Under the pieces are notes generated by a model. The model was given only the letters and a program-made list of their open reading frames with translations. It was not told where the DNA came from and did not search any database. Below, one piece after another: positions 11,971-25,500 of a stretch of 64,000 bases of DNA (positions are counted from its first letter, which is position 1; each line of letters starts with the position of its first letter). Origin of the DNA: Callorhinchus milii (lineage: Eukaryota); contig NW_024704764.1 in NCBI RefSeq assembly GCF_018977255.1, forward strand, positions 6,696,001 to 6,760,000, given 5' to 3'. The position numbers and the translations under genes were made by a program.

Positions 11971-14900
11971 ATTAATTTCCACAGCAGAGCAGCTAAGACT
12001 ATGTTCATAAAAGGTTGACTTTTTTGTCTCTCTCTTTGTCTCCCTTTTGTTTTTCTTTTCCTTTGACTTAAAAGGATAGGCGATGGTTGAGGAGGAATCT
12101 TGTCTATGTGGTCTGTCTGTCTGTCTGTCTGTCTGTTTGCTGATGGGTTGGACCCTTTCCATTCACGCTCCTGCAGTCAGTTCCATCAAACGTTTTGTGA
12201 GAGAATAAATAAAGCCTCTCTCATCTCATCTCATCTCTCACCCAGATCCACTCACTGGCACCTGCAGGATTTCAGCTCAATGCACCATTCTGGGAGAAAC
12301 CCAGCCTACACTGCAGTGGCGAGCTGCCAGCAATAATAATAATAATCATAATAATACTCATAATAAGACTGGTAACTGGTTCGTGTTGCCACTGTCCAGG
12401 TCATCATCGACGATTAGCAATAAGCTGTGGTGGGGGTTTGGTGCATTTCCAGCTGTATGACATCTCCAATCAGACTCCAACTCTATTTAACCCTATTTCA
12501 TTTCTGCTCAGGTTCCTAACGTCCATCACTATGTGCTTGTTTCACTCTGTTCATTTCTCTCTGACTGACTGGGAGATTCAGTGGGTGAAGCAATCAATGT
12601 TTTTTTTTGAAAACACGTTGCCAAATTTCATGTCAAGCCTGGGCTTGCATGGGGTTGGATGGTGGGTGGGTTCTTTTTTTTTAACACTATGGCGCTGTGC
12701 TTATGGTGCTTCGGGAGGAGGGTCTTTTCCAACCGTTTGCAGAGGCGGAAAACATCATAAGAGTTCAAATCAACAACAGCCACACATTGCATTTATGCAG
12801 CGCCTTTCATGTCGGGAGGACATCCCAAGGTGCTGGACAGTCAGGGGTTTGGATACGAACTGCGGGTTGGGATCGGGAGGGGTGGAGGGCGGGGAAGGCA
12901 AAGGTTCTAGAGTCAACAAGTGATCCCTCTCCCTCCCTCCCCCCCACTGGAAGCTGGCTGCCATGTTATTGGGATAGGAAGGAGGCTTTAGCGAAATTAA
13001 GTGCTGCTTACAACCGGAACATATGTAAGGCACTAGTCATTGATAGTCACAAATACAAAGCATTCCTTCATTCCTTAATGTGCTATTGAGAGGTTAGTTT
13101 GACTGTGGATACCGAACTGCAGGACCACTGTCAGTACTGTGTGCTGTAGGGAGAAGGAACACAGACCAGACCTCACAAGACCAGAGAGTGTGTGCGCAGG
13201 ACATAGAGAACTCTCCTAACCATGTTTGACCCTCCAACCATCCTTTCAAATCCTACTCCTACCACTCCTCCTCACCCCCACCACAGGTTCCCAGTCAGCT
13301 ATGTGAAATGCTTTGAGACATTCTCCCAATGTGAGTGGTGTTATAGTATAAATAATTGTTGTCCTAAATTGGATACAGCTTATCGGAGCAATGTGCCGCA
13401 CAGGGGGCCAGAATCTTACTGCAACTTTCAAACTCAAGTAAGAATTATTGGTTCTCCCAGTGCTATTATTGGTTCTGCTCTGGGACAAAATGGAAGGTAG
13501 GGGATGGAAACAGCACCACTTTACAGCCGTGCTTTAGAGGACCTGAAAATTGGTTACTGATTAGATGGCTACCTTCAAACAGTAGGGAAATAATATTGAT
13601 CCTTGCATTTAATATAGCGCCTTATCGCATTGTTGAGACAGCTCAAAGCGCTCCATAGAATATACTGTAAAGTGGAGTGACTGTGTATTTTGTAGGCCAA
13701 ACTATAAACATTACAATTTAAAAAATAAAATAATTATATAAAAATTGTATTTTGCAGGGATGAAATCAACCACCAGTGGATAAGAAATAAGTTTACTTAT
13801 GGGAGGTGGATTTGTAGAAACTCCTAGTGGTGTGTACTTTCCATTTAGAACTACAACACTGAAAACATTGATATAAAGAGAAGCACAACTCACTTTTGGA
13901 TTAGGCAGAAGGTCAGGATAAAGGTGAGCTGCTCAGTCATCTTGGCATCGAAGTGAACGAGAGGAAGCAGAATTGCCACCACTGTAATTTCGGCTCGATG
14001 TTCTTTTCTTATAATGGCTCCCCATAAATTTCTCAAATGTAAACCAGATGCTAAAAGCCCCGTACAAAAAAATCAATATTTTTCCCCACTTACCGCTGTC
14101 TTCTCTTGTGGATATCATTAATATTAGAACAAAGCAAACTGAAGTGAGGAAGGTCGATCGGCCTATTAAACCCATTCCTTTACACAGACCGTGCAAAAGC
14201 AGATTCCAACCCACCGATTTCCTTGAGAAACTCACGCGCCTGTCATCCACCTACCACCCATTCTCAGAGCAACTGACTGTGGAGTATCATATGACAACTG
14301 TCCTACCCCTCTATAACTCACTCAGGTCAAGGTTTGTTTTAATAGAAGAAACAGGAGGAAACCATTCAGCCCCTTGAGCCTGTTCTGCTATTCTATAAGA
14401 TCATGGCTGATCTGTACTTCAAGTCCAATTACCCGCTTGCCCTGTATAATAATCCCTATCAGTGCCTCATTATGTCTTCTAGACGTCTCAAAGCGCTTCA
14501 GAGTACACTGTAAGTGAATTAACTGTATGGGCGAAACGCGGCAGCCAATTGCGCACAGCAGTGTCCCACAAACACTCGTGGATTAGGCGATCAAAGCATA
14601 TACCTTAATACCCTGACAGAATATCTATCTTAATATATCTTAATATCTATCCAAAGAAATCAACTTAAAAGTTTACTCCAATACAGTTACTTTTTTTAAA
14701 GTCCATTTTCACAAAATATTTTATTAAGTTGTAAATCTTGAAAAAGAAATTTCACAAAAAATAAATTTCAATCAGAAAGACTCGCAGACGGATCAGTTAC
14801 AAACGGAATTATATTTCAAAGGTTTTCCAGGAAATAATTCCAGCTGAAATGTAAACTTTGTGAATACAACTATACGCAAGTATAGATCTTAAAGAGCTTC

Positions 14901-16599
14901 CAGTGAGGTTCCAGAAGACAAAACACAAAAATTAAGAAGGCAATCTCGTACTCTATTTTAGCACAAGAATGACACTTGTTGATTGACTCAATACAATTCA
15001 GGACTGACTTTAACTGAATCCTGACATCTTGAGTTTTGCTACATCAGTAAAATATCATTGGGATACGAGGGCAGGACAATAAAGATTTTTCTTCCAGAAA
15101 CATATTCAAACCGGAAATGGATTAATCTGTAAATAATGATAAGATATTTAAACACTTCCAAAATCTGGCAATCAAGTACAATTTTTAAAAATATATATAT
15201 AGTTCATAATCTGGTTTAGCATCCCTCGTCCAGAATGCTAAACAACAGCAAATCCACGTTGTGTGTCTCCCTGAATACATTGGAATACCCAACCTCAGTG
15301 CTGGTTAGTTAGTGCTTGAATCAAGAAAACTTAGGGTCTGTCTGTAGGCAAACTACTGTTGCATCAATATGCCTCATACCAGCCAAAGAAAATATTTAGC
15401 ATTATTTGACGATCCAGCTCAAGGAACGGTTGTGTTGTGAATGTCAGCTAAATCCCGATGAAGGGAAACCTGACATGGCAGATCTACACAAGGAAAATAC
15501 CCCGTAATAAGATTTTTTTTAAGATGGTATTTGATGATGAAATTATTCTCCAGTACACTTGAAGTCTATTTGGGTTCCAACATAAATCTTAGAAATACCG
15601 TATAATCTGGGCTCAGTGAATGAAATTGTAAGCGTGAATTGAAAAGCCGTTCTCTGCCATTTAGTGGCTCTTCAAGGCAACATTCCAGGGTCCATTTCTT
15701 TACATGATATGAACAAGTGTGTATCAAGCAGAACAAGGCTGTAAGTGGTGTGAATGGGAATTGATACAAACGTAAGCAAGTCCTGGATAGAACACAAAAA
15801 GGTCACATTCTCGTGGTCTCACCCAACAGCTACTTGTCAATAGTAGAGTTTTATTTAGTCTCTTGCAGAAAATAATTTCTCACTGTTTTATAAGGAAAAT
15901 ACTTTCTACTTTCTAATAGTATATTTTAGTAACAAGAAACCCTTGATCGGGCTCACAACATTCGCACTATTTAGGAGATTTAAGGGAAAGGAGTTCAAGT
16001 GAATTGGCATTTAGGTTGGGAAATATGTTCTAAATGTCTAAACCTACATCTGTAAGTATATTCAGGTGTTACATATGAAGCAATTATCTATTGTACCATA
16101 CATTCATCTTCAGAATTGAAGAGTATTTGTGCTAAGTCAATAGACCCATTTTCTGAATCAATTCATGTTGTTTAGTAGAAACCACAGTAATGACTGTCCC
16201 GAAAAGAAACCATGTTAAATTATACTGTGAATGTTGTGATCAAAGGGGGTGAGCGGGGAGAATACCTCAATCTCCTTTTGAGTAAAACACAATATCCCAT
16301 TCCATTACAGTGAAGGTCATGGAACTGTGTGTTACTCAATATATTGCACTCTGTTAGAAAGTAAAGAAAAAAAAGTTCTACAACTAGAAATAACCAATTC
16401 ATTTTGAATCCTTGCTTTTTAAGGCAGCCTCCAATATTTAGATCTTAAATATAAATGATTCAGGGCCTAAGAGTGTAAATGGTGTATGGTTGCATACTAT
16501 TAATTTGTGCAACCATCCACATAAGGCTCATATTTTATAGAACAGCACCGTCTTAGTTTGGCAACTAGTGAGATTTTTCTCTTTACTGATCCAGAATAC

Positions 16600-19500
16600 T
16601 TAAGATTTCTCTTTTAATGCGGAGTACAACTGAGTCTCATACTCAGCATCTTTCACACTGATGCAAGTCTTTCTCAAACGTTCCATGTCAACAGGCTGGC
16701 CTTTGGTAACAGTTTGTACGTTATCGAGTCTTGAAGGCAGCTGACTATCCCAGTCAGATTCTGATGAAAAGCTAACTGCATGAAATACACCGTCTTCTTC
16801 AAAGAAAGAACGGCAGAGACTGGATATGTTGACAGAATTCTTATCTCCAATATCAGTTTTAAAATTAGTTTCTGAAGACGGGATGATGTCAAATGCTGTG
16901 GAATTTGCGGGATTGGGCGTAGGAAAAGACACCTGAATTGCAGTATTTTCAGTCACGTCCCAACGACCAACTTCTTCATTTAGGATTTGGGGTTCAGGCA
17001 CAATTTTATCTTTAGCCTGATCGATCGCATCGCTCTGCGGAATTCGCGTTGTTTTTTCTTCATGCAGAAGAATTGGACCGACTTGAAAAGGCAGGATTTC
17101 TTCTATCACTACACCTGGGACTGTAGTGCTTTGCAAAGAATATGGTCTCTCTTCATTATCCCAAATTGTTCTTTGTGACATCTCCTGATTTTCACCTTCA
17201 TCTTTAGTCCCACTGCTCTCAAAGTCTACTGGCGTTTCAATAGCAGTAAATGGCCTGCAGGTGTGCTCTAGCAAGTGGGAATCCTCTTCCATATAAACTT
17301 GCTGAGACTGTGTAGAGGGTGCTGGATTTTGTTCAACACAAGAATGAGGACGTGAAGTAAAGTGTTTGTCCACATTGGGCAACGTAACTTTATAAGGGTA
17401 CTCTGTATTTGGTTGAAAACTAAGATCATTAATACCAGGAGAAACACAGTTTTTAGGAAAATGGGTCAGCCCACATACATTAGCCAAATCATCCAGTCTT
17501 GGGCTCTTCTCAGCTTGAGAGCTCCCGTCACCAGATCGCTTGCGTTTTTTTAAACTGTAATGATTACCCACTGCAATGATATCATCACCCTCCACTTTCC
17601 ATGACTTACAAGTGACACAATATGAAACGTTTTCTTCGGGCTCAGCTTTAGATGTGAGGTTTACATTTGCCGGTTTGTCCTGATGGCAACTGTCTTCAGT
17701 TTCCTCTTTGTCAGAACTATGCAACATGTCTTGCACAGCAGTAGATGTATCTGTAGCAGCCAGCTCTGCACAAGGCAGGTGGTAACTAGCTACTGGTTCT
17801 TCTGTGTCTAAGGCCGATTCACTGCGACCCGGAGACTGCACCACAAACTGTTTACAACATAAAGCTGTTTGATCCATAGCAATGCAGGACAGCAGCTCCT
17901 TATTTTGTTGAAGGTGACAGGTTCCATGTGCATCAAGATCCAGTTGTTCAGTTTGCTCGTCCCCCATTCGGTCAGGCCCTGCTTGGTGCAAGCTTGAATT
18001 CGGACCAATTTCTTCATTAAAGTCTTCCAGAAATTCTACATCAAAACTTGCCAGTTGACCTCCTGCTGCTACAGATTCAGGTGAAAGCGTTTCAATGGCA
18101 GGACTGAGGTACTCAACAGGCGGTAATGATTCATGTCCATTTTGGTTAATAAGCTTACAGGAGTTGAAATAGAGTTGAGGGATCTGAAAATAAAAGTTAA
18201 TAATAATAATAATCCTCGCATTTGATACAGATCCTTATCACGTCTTCTAGACATCTCAAAGCGCTTCACAGAATACACTGTAAAGTGAATTGACTGTATA
18301 TTTTGTGGGCGAAACACGGCAGCCAATTGCACACAGTAGTGTCCCACAAACAATCGTAGATTGAGTGACCAAATGATTATTTTTTTTTGAAGGGATTATT
18401 ACCCCCGGAAAAGCGATATGTCAATTGACTAACAACGGGGTTTCTACTTACTGCTAGGTAATCAGAGGCCTGTGGAGTAAGGAAACTTGCCCAGCATTTC
18501 GCCCTGCCGGGAATCGAAACCAAGTCTCTTGCTTGCGAGGCAAGTGCTCTAACCACTGAGCTACAGGACTCCACGTGTCCTTCATTAATCTTCATTACCA
18601 AACACACAGACAATCACCCGGGTACAAATTTGAAACACCCCCAAATATTCTTTGAACCACTTTCAAGCAAATCTAGTACGAAAAACCATGGACTGCCAGC
18701 CAGCCTCTGAAACTTAATTATTTTGAAAATCAATCAATGATTCATTCCAGAAAGGCACAGCATTTCAATCTCTGGGAATGTTTGGGGTTTTGAAGAGAGA
18801 GAGAGAGGAGAGAGAGATATTAATGCTGAGATGGATCAATCTTCCACATCAAACACTCACAGCCATTTGGCTTTGGCCGGATAGTCAGTAAACGTTCTTT
18901 CAACTACCTTCAAATCTGTCATTTGAAGATCAAGATCTACTGTGGCAGTTTTTCCACTTTGATTTCTTATACAACCATATCCATACCATCTGAATGAGAT
19001 ATCTTACTTTTTTATTATTAATAATAAACAAGCTTTGCATTTGATATAGGACCTTTCATTTCAGGGGGTGCCTCAAAGCACTTTATGAGATTTTAATGTT
19101 TTCTCCCACAAACAGCCATGAAATGAATGACAGATTTAATCTGGGGGATGTTTGGCCGGGAGAAACTCTTTTTGCATTTTGCCAAGGGATCCTTAATGCC
19201 AATCTGAACAGCAGATGGGACCTTGTCTGAAGGACAGCACCTCTAACAATGCAATGCTCCCCCATCGCTGTATTGGAGTGTCAGCATAGCCTATGAGTTC
19301 AGAGACCCAATGTGAGGTTTGATCCTCCAACATTCTCACTCGGAGGCAAGACCTGAGGCTACCTGAGCCAGGCTGACAGTTATGGTCACTTTTGGTCCAA
19401 ATTCCACACCAATGAGGAACTAGGGGTGAGATTTGCCAAACTCATGTGATGTGGTTCTCCTAACAATTACTATAGATGATTCTTTCACATTAATATCCCT

Positions 19501-22500
19501 GCTAAATTCAAACAAGTTCCATTTCCTCCCACTCTAATACCCAGTCCTTCATAGCTGATTTTAGAAATGTATTAGAATACATTTAAAATAGACAGTGCGA
19601 GACAAATCTAACAGGTTCAACGATCATTTAAGAATAATGTACCCACTCAACAGAATCAGTCTGAATGGAAATACATTCACAAAATAAGGACAGAGATGAA
19701 GTGTATGCAAAATTGGGATTATGAAAGTCATTATCACCGTTGGATGCATGCAGTATTTTGGTGCTCTGCAAATTCATTTTCTAAGTGAGACATAATACGG
19801 TCCAGAGTTGTGTACTGAGAGGAGTCAATTGCGAAGTCTTGATGCTGCTCAGACTGAAGGTGCTGCAAAAGTAGGAAACAAATTAAAATTAGCAATGGGC
19901 ACAGCATCTTATTACAATCCTTGCATTTGACATTTGTTGGGATAACTTTCACATTGGGATAAATTCCTTTAACGTAGTCAAATATGCTTGAATCATAACC
20001 TAGTATTTGAATAGCTTTGTTTGCACTGCTTCATGTTTCGCCCACAAAATATACACTTTACAGTATATTCTGTGAAGCCCTTTGAGACGTCTCAAAGACG
20101 TGATAAGGTGCTATATCAAAGGATTATTATTATTATATTGACTAGGAACTCTTAGAAAATGCTGAAGCATCACACCAAAGCTTTTTCCTCTCCCCTCATG
20201 ACACCCCTTCATTTAATCGCATATTGAGTGTTGTGTTCCAGGCATCAACTTGCTTTAATCTAAATTACAGAATGCAGGCAGATGTCAGTAACACTGGTTT
20301 ATTAGGAAAGCCTGATGTGACATGACACAAATATTGACATCAGTCGGCAATCAATCAGAAATGGCAGTGTTGCCATTAGTGTTGCTCACAGAGTATGTGA
20401 GATCAAGGATTTTCAGCTCTGGGGCTCCAGAGAGAAAGTACTGACTTTCTCAAGTGCACCTAACCAGTATGGCTTCATGAACTATATAAAAAATTAAAGA
20501 CTTACTGTATCCAGCTCATTGAACGTCTCATTGCAGCATTCACAGAATTTCTGTCGTTTCTTTTCCATATGTTTTACTGTTGGCTTCAAAAAGGTTTTGC
20601 TATCTCCCTCGCTGTTGGTTCGTCTACAGTCAACACAATGCAATTATACAGTTGCCTTTCATGTAAAAATAAACGTTTCAAAGCAATTTACAAAATATAA
20701 TTGACTAGAAATTAAGCATTATAGGATGGAGACAAAAGCCAATCAAACCTCTTCCCCCCAAAAAAAGGTGTAGACAATTTAAGAACGGTTCAAAATTCCG
20801 CACATGTTTAAATTGAAGACAATGAATTCAAGGCTAAGACCCTGAGAATTTAGGACTTCAGGGTTGTAAAATATTTTTCTTTTTTAAGAAAAGTAAAACT
20901 TCCAAAATAACTTGTATAAAAGTACCGATGTTTACTCTTATCCTGCTCCTGGCCTCCGTTCCGAGATTTCTTTGGAAGGTCAAATGCACTGGATCCTCTG
21001 GGTGATTGGTAATTCAGTTCTGGAAAGCTGTCAAACTGCTGGTGAAGGGGTTTAAACTGACTGGAAATACATATGGCATTACTTACAGATAGCTCTGTTG
21101 AAACATTGCAGAAGTAGAATATTTATGTATCAAACGCATTTTAAATAATACTATATACACTGCAAGAATGTTGGATGAGCTAATGTATACAATTTGCAAT
21201 TAGAAAGAACAATGGTTATGTAAAATAAGCTCAATAAAACCTTCTACTAACAGATCTGTAGTTCATGAGCTGAATATTCTGCAATGGTTTTAGGAAATAT
21301 AAGATTCATCCCTACTTTGAAGTCTGTAATATATTACTTCTCCGAAATACATACAAAAAAAATTGACAAATAATCTGAAAGGAAAACTGTAAACTGAAAA
21401 AATGGCTTACCGAGAGGAATCTTCAACTTTCACAAAAGGCTGTTTTAGTCTCTCCACTGTTGGGAAAGAAATGAACTGTAGTTGCTTTGTGCTTTCACCT
21501 TTGACCAGTCACACAGAAAATCAAACAGGAGCTATAGTGATGGACAATTTGGAAATGGAAAGATAGTACAGTAAATCTTAATTTCTGAGGGAAACCCAGC
21601 AGTTTTAATATTTGTGCATTGGGTTGATTTCAACTTGTGGTCAATCATAGCCATTAATACAAATTCTCTATGGAGCAAGTTTCTCCATTATGTTAGTTAC
21701 TGAATAGATCATCACAGTGCAAGCACAGACCTCCTTAATTTCCAATGTAACCAGAGGATGAATACAACAGGAAGCCATTGGGTTATCCGTAAGTCTGCAA
21801 CCCAGCGTTTGTGGCAAAGCAGAGAAGCAACAGAGTTGAGAACTATTAAAATTATTATTAAAAAATAAACTAAAGACTTTGCAAAATAATGTATGACTTT
21901 CTGAAGAAATCATGACGTATTTCAGTGCTGCAAATTGTTGTGTTGCAATCATGCTACAAAAACATTTTCTAATTATTTTTGTCATTACCATGTCAAATAA
22001 ATGCAAAACAATTGAGAAAACTTACCTTTTTTACCCTTGCAAGTGGATTTGGATGAATGACCATTTCCCTGTAAAATAAACATCCATTAAATACTACAAT
22101 ATGTACATATATTACACAAATAAAAGGATCATTAAACTGTAGAAATTTGCAGCGCAGAAGGCAGCCAATTTGGTCCATCAAATCTGCATTGGCTCTTAAG
22201 AGAAAATTCAACCCCACTGCCGTGCATTATCCCCATGTCCTGAATGGTATATAATGGGAAATCTTTTTTTTGTACTGGCAAAGTGCTTTGCAATTAATTA
22301 CCATCAATCACACGACTATATTCCGCAATAACATCAACATAGATTCCGTGCTCTTTGTTGTAATTTCCACTGGTTATTAAATTAACACTATTATGTTAGC
22401 TGAAGATACCATGCTTTGTTGTAATTTCTACTCATTATTAATTTTACACTATTATGATGTTAGCCGAGATGTTAGCTCAGCACACATTACAAAGTTGCAA

Positions 22501-25500
22501 GCACCAGAAAATGATCAGATTAAACCTTATTCTGAAGAGATCAATGGACAACATGAGCTTAGATTTTTGGGGGCTCATACCACTTGAATATCAAGATATA
22601 CCCTGGTATCATTATCTCTTTATTGTATCAAAATACATACACACAACTTGCATTTATATAGTGCCCCTCACAAAAGGTAGCTTCTTAAGAGCGCTTAAGA
22701 ACATAGAGAACTTACCTCAGTCTTTCTACCAGCATTTGGTGATCTCTTAAATCCCCTTCTTTCAACATATGCTAATAGATCTTTGTGGTGGTTAAGAATC
22801 AAATACTTTTTGCAAAGGTATTCCTGTATTTTGGTATGTTAATTGTTCTTTGTATTCGAGTTTTCCCTGAACACAGACAGGATTATACAGCAAATGAGGC
22901 CAAAAGGTCAAGTAATCTGAAGCCAGTGCTCCACTAATGCTGCTCCCCATCAAGGTTAGATAGGTACACAGTACAGCGGAAACTGGCTCTCACAATTTTT
23001 CAATCCTTTTTAAAATTCATGGAGGCTTACAAGCAACCTTAGGTCATGAGATAACTACATTTAATGTAAATAAGAGTCACTGTGCAAATCAAGTATTCCA
23101 AGTACATACACACAAAACGTATATTTAGGAATTACATGGTTTGGATGGAACATTCCTTAGTAAATCAGGGGATTTAGTGAGGCTTAAGCGTGGGCTGGAG
23201 AAAGGTGTGGCTGCTGGGGCTTTTAATCATAGAATGTCAGAAATACTAGTTTACAAATAGCACAGAATAACAAGAATCTATTCTTGAGTACCTCTCCAAA
23301 ATGCAGATATTCAAGACAATGCAGCTAAATCTGAGCATTTAGATCAAGAGCATTCTTTTTTTGCAAAGCAGCAAGCTTTCTGTGGCGAAAACCACACTTG
23401 GAATAACTTTCCCGAGGGTGTTCAAGAGGCAGGAGTACAAAAGGGCACAGACTAAAAGACAAAGACACCAGTAGAGTATGAACTAAAGATTTAAAAAGAG
23501 ACTATGGTTACCTTTTCTTGAATTAAAGTCAGAGAACATTTTTTTAAATGTATGTGTGGCTGCCAGTATAACACAGCAAATCAATAAGTCTAATAGTTTG
23601 TTTTGTGAAAGACTCCAAACAAACAAGAGCTTGCCACACTGTGGCAAATTTAGGCTACTGCATTCAATGTGTACTTTCAGATATGCCACAACCAATTGAT
23701 AGTACTTTCAGATATGCCAAGACAGCAAAACAAAAGGGCACAGGTTCATGGGTTCAAAGCGAAATTTCAGGAGACATCAAGAAGTATTTCTTTACTCAGA
23801 GGTTACCCAGAAGGGAAGGATCAATGAAGCCACGATGCTGGACTCATTAAGAAATAGCTTGGTGCTGTAATGGGGAGGATAATCCTGGAGGCGAAGAACA
23901 ACCCCAGGCTTCTGTTCTCCACCACATCCCGACTCCCCCGTCCCCCCCGCCACCCCGCGCAGGTCATCTCCTCCAAACTTCACTGAGAGGAGGTGCTGGA
24001 TTTTCTTGAATCCGAAATCAAGGGAATCCGCTCCGCAGTCACTGCCCCTCCAACTTCCACCCACCCCCCACCCCTTCCCTCCCACACTCTGACTCCTACC
24101 CATCCTCCCCTACACACCTTTGAACTCGTTTCCCCACCCTCTGTCACCAAACTCATCCTGTCCTTGAAATCCACCACCTGCTCCCTTGACCCCATCCCCA
24201 CTCCACTCCTTATCTCCCAGCTCCACCTCCTTGCCCCACTTCTCAGACATCATCAACCTGTCCCTCTCCTCTGGCTCTGTTCCCATTCCCCTAAAAACTG
24301 CTACCATCACTCCCACTTTGAAAAAACCCTCCCTTGATGCGTCGCAGCTATCAAACTACCGGCCCACCTCCAACCTTCCCTTCCTGTCCAAGGTCCTTGA
24401 AAGAGTCATCGCCTGCCAGCTGCGCTCTTTCCTCTCCACCCATTCATTATTCGAACCCCTTCAGTCGGATTTCCGTGCTGCCAATAGCACAGAAACCGCC
24501 CTGGTCAAGGTCACCAATGGCATCCTGACCATCTGTGACCAGGGCTCCCTCTGCCTCCTCGTCCTCCTCGACCGATCGGCCGCATTCGATATGGTGGACC
24601 ACTCTATCCTCCTCCACTGCTTGTCCTCCCACCTAAACCTTCAAGGCCCTGTCCTTGAAGGTTGAGTGGTTTCGGTCCTACCTCCCACCGTCTTCATTTT
24701 GTCTCTGCAAACGGCTTTTCCTCCAGCCCCCGCACTGTCTCGTTAACCCCATGTATGCGGATGACACCCAACTCTACCTTTCCTCTTCTACCATCAACTC
24801 CACGACCACCGATGTCCTGACAGCTGCCTGTCTGACAGCGAGTGCTGGACGAGAGACAACTTTCTTCAGCTCAACGTACGCAAAACTGAGGCCCTCCTGA
24901 TTGGCTCACGTCAGCGCCTCCGCACCTCAGGCACTGACAGCATCAGCATCCAAGGCTGCACTCTCCACCTCTCAAAGCCATCAGGAGCCTCGGGGTTCTG
25001 TTCGACCCTGAGCTGTCCTTTCTTCCTCATATCTGCGCCACAACTGGCATCGCCTTCCATCACCTCCGGAATATCGCCAGACTACGGCACTACCTCACCC
25101 CTCACGCTGCTGAAACTCTGGTCCACGCCTCAAGGCTGGACTATGGGAACTCTCTCCTCGCCGGCCTTCCCGGCACCTCCCTCCACAAGCTGCAGGTCAT
25201 TCAGAACTCTGCAGCTCATGTACTGTCCCGCACCAGGCTTCGTGACCACATCACTCCCACCCTCGCTCGCCTCCACTGGCTCCCCATCCCCCAGAGGATC
25301 AAATTCAAGATCTTCATCCTCACCTACAAGGCCATTCACGGCCTTGCTCCCTCCTACCTCTCCGACCTACTATCCCCCTACTTACTCCGTTCCTCTGGCT
25401 CCGGTCTGCTCCACATCCCCCGCCCTAACCGCCCTACCATCGGTGGTCGGGCCTTCAGCCTCTCAGCCCCGAGGCTCTGGAACTCTATCCCCCAATGCCT

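Noticed and set aside
16600-17991. 463-aa ORF as a stand-alone gene
   Set aside because: The frame stays open to a splice acceptor at 18183, so it is the terminal exon of DBF4B.
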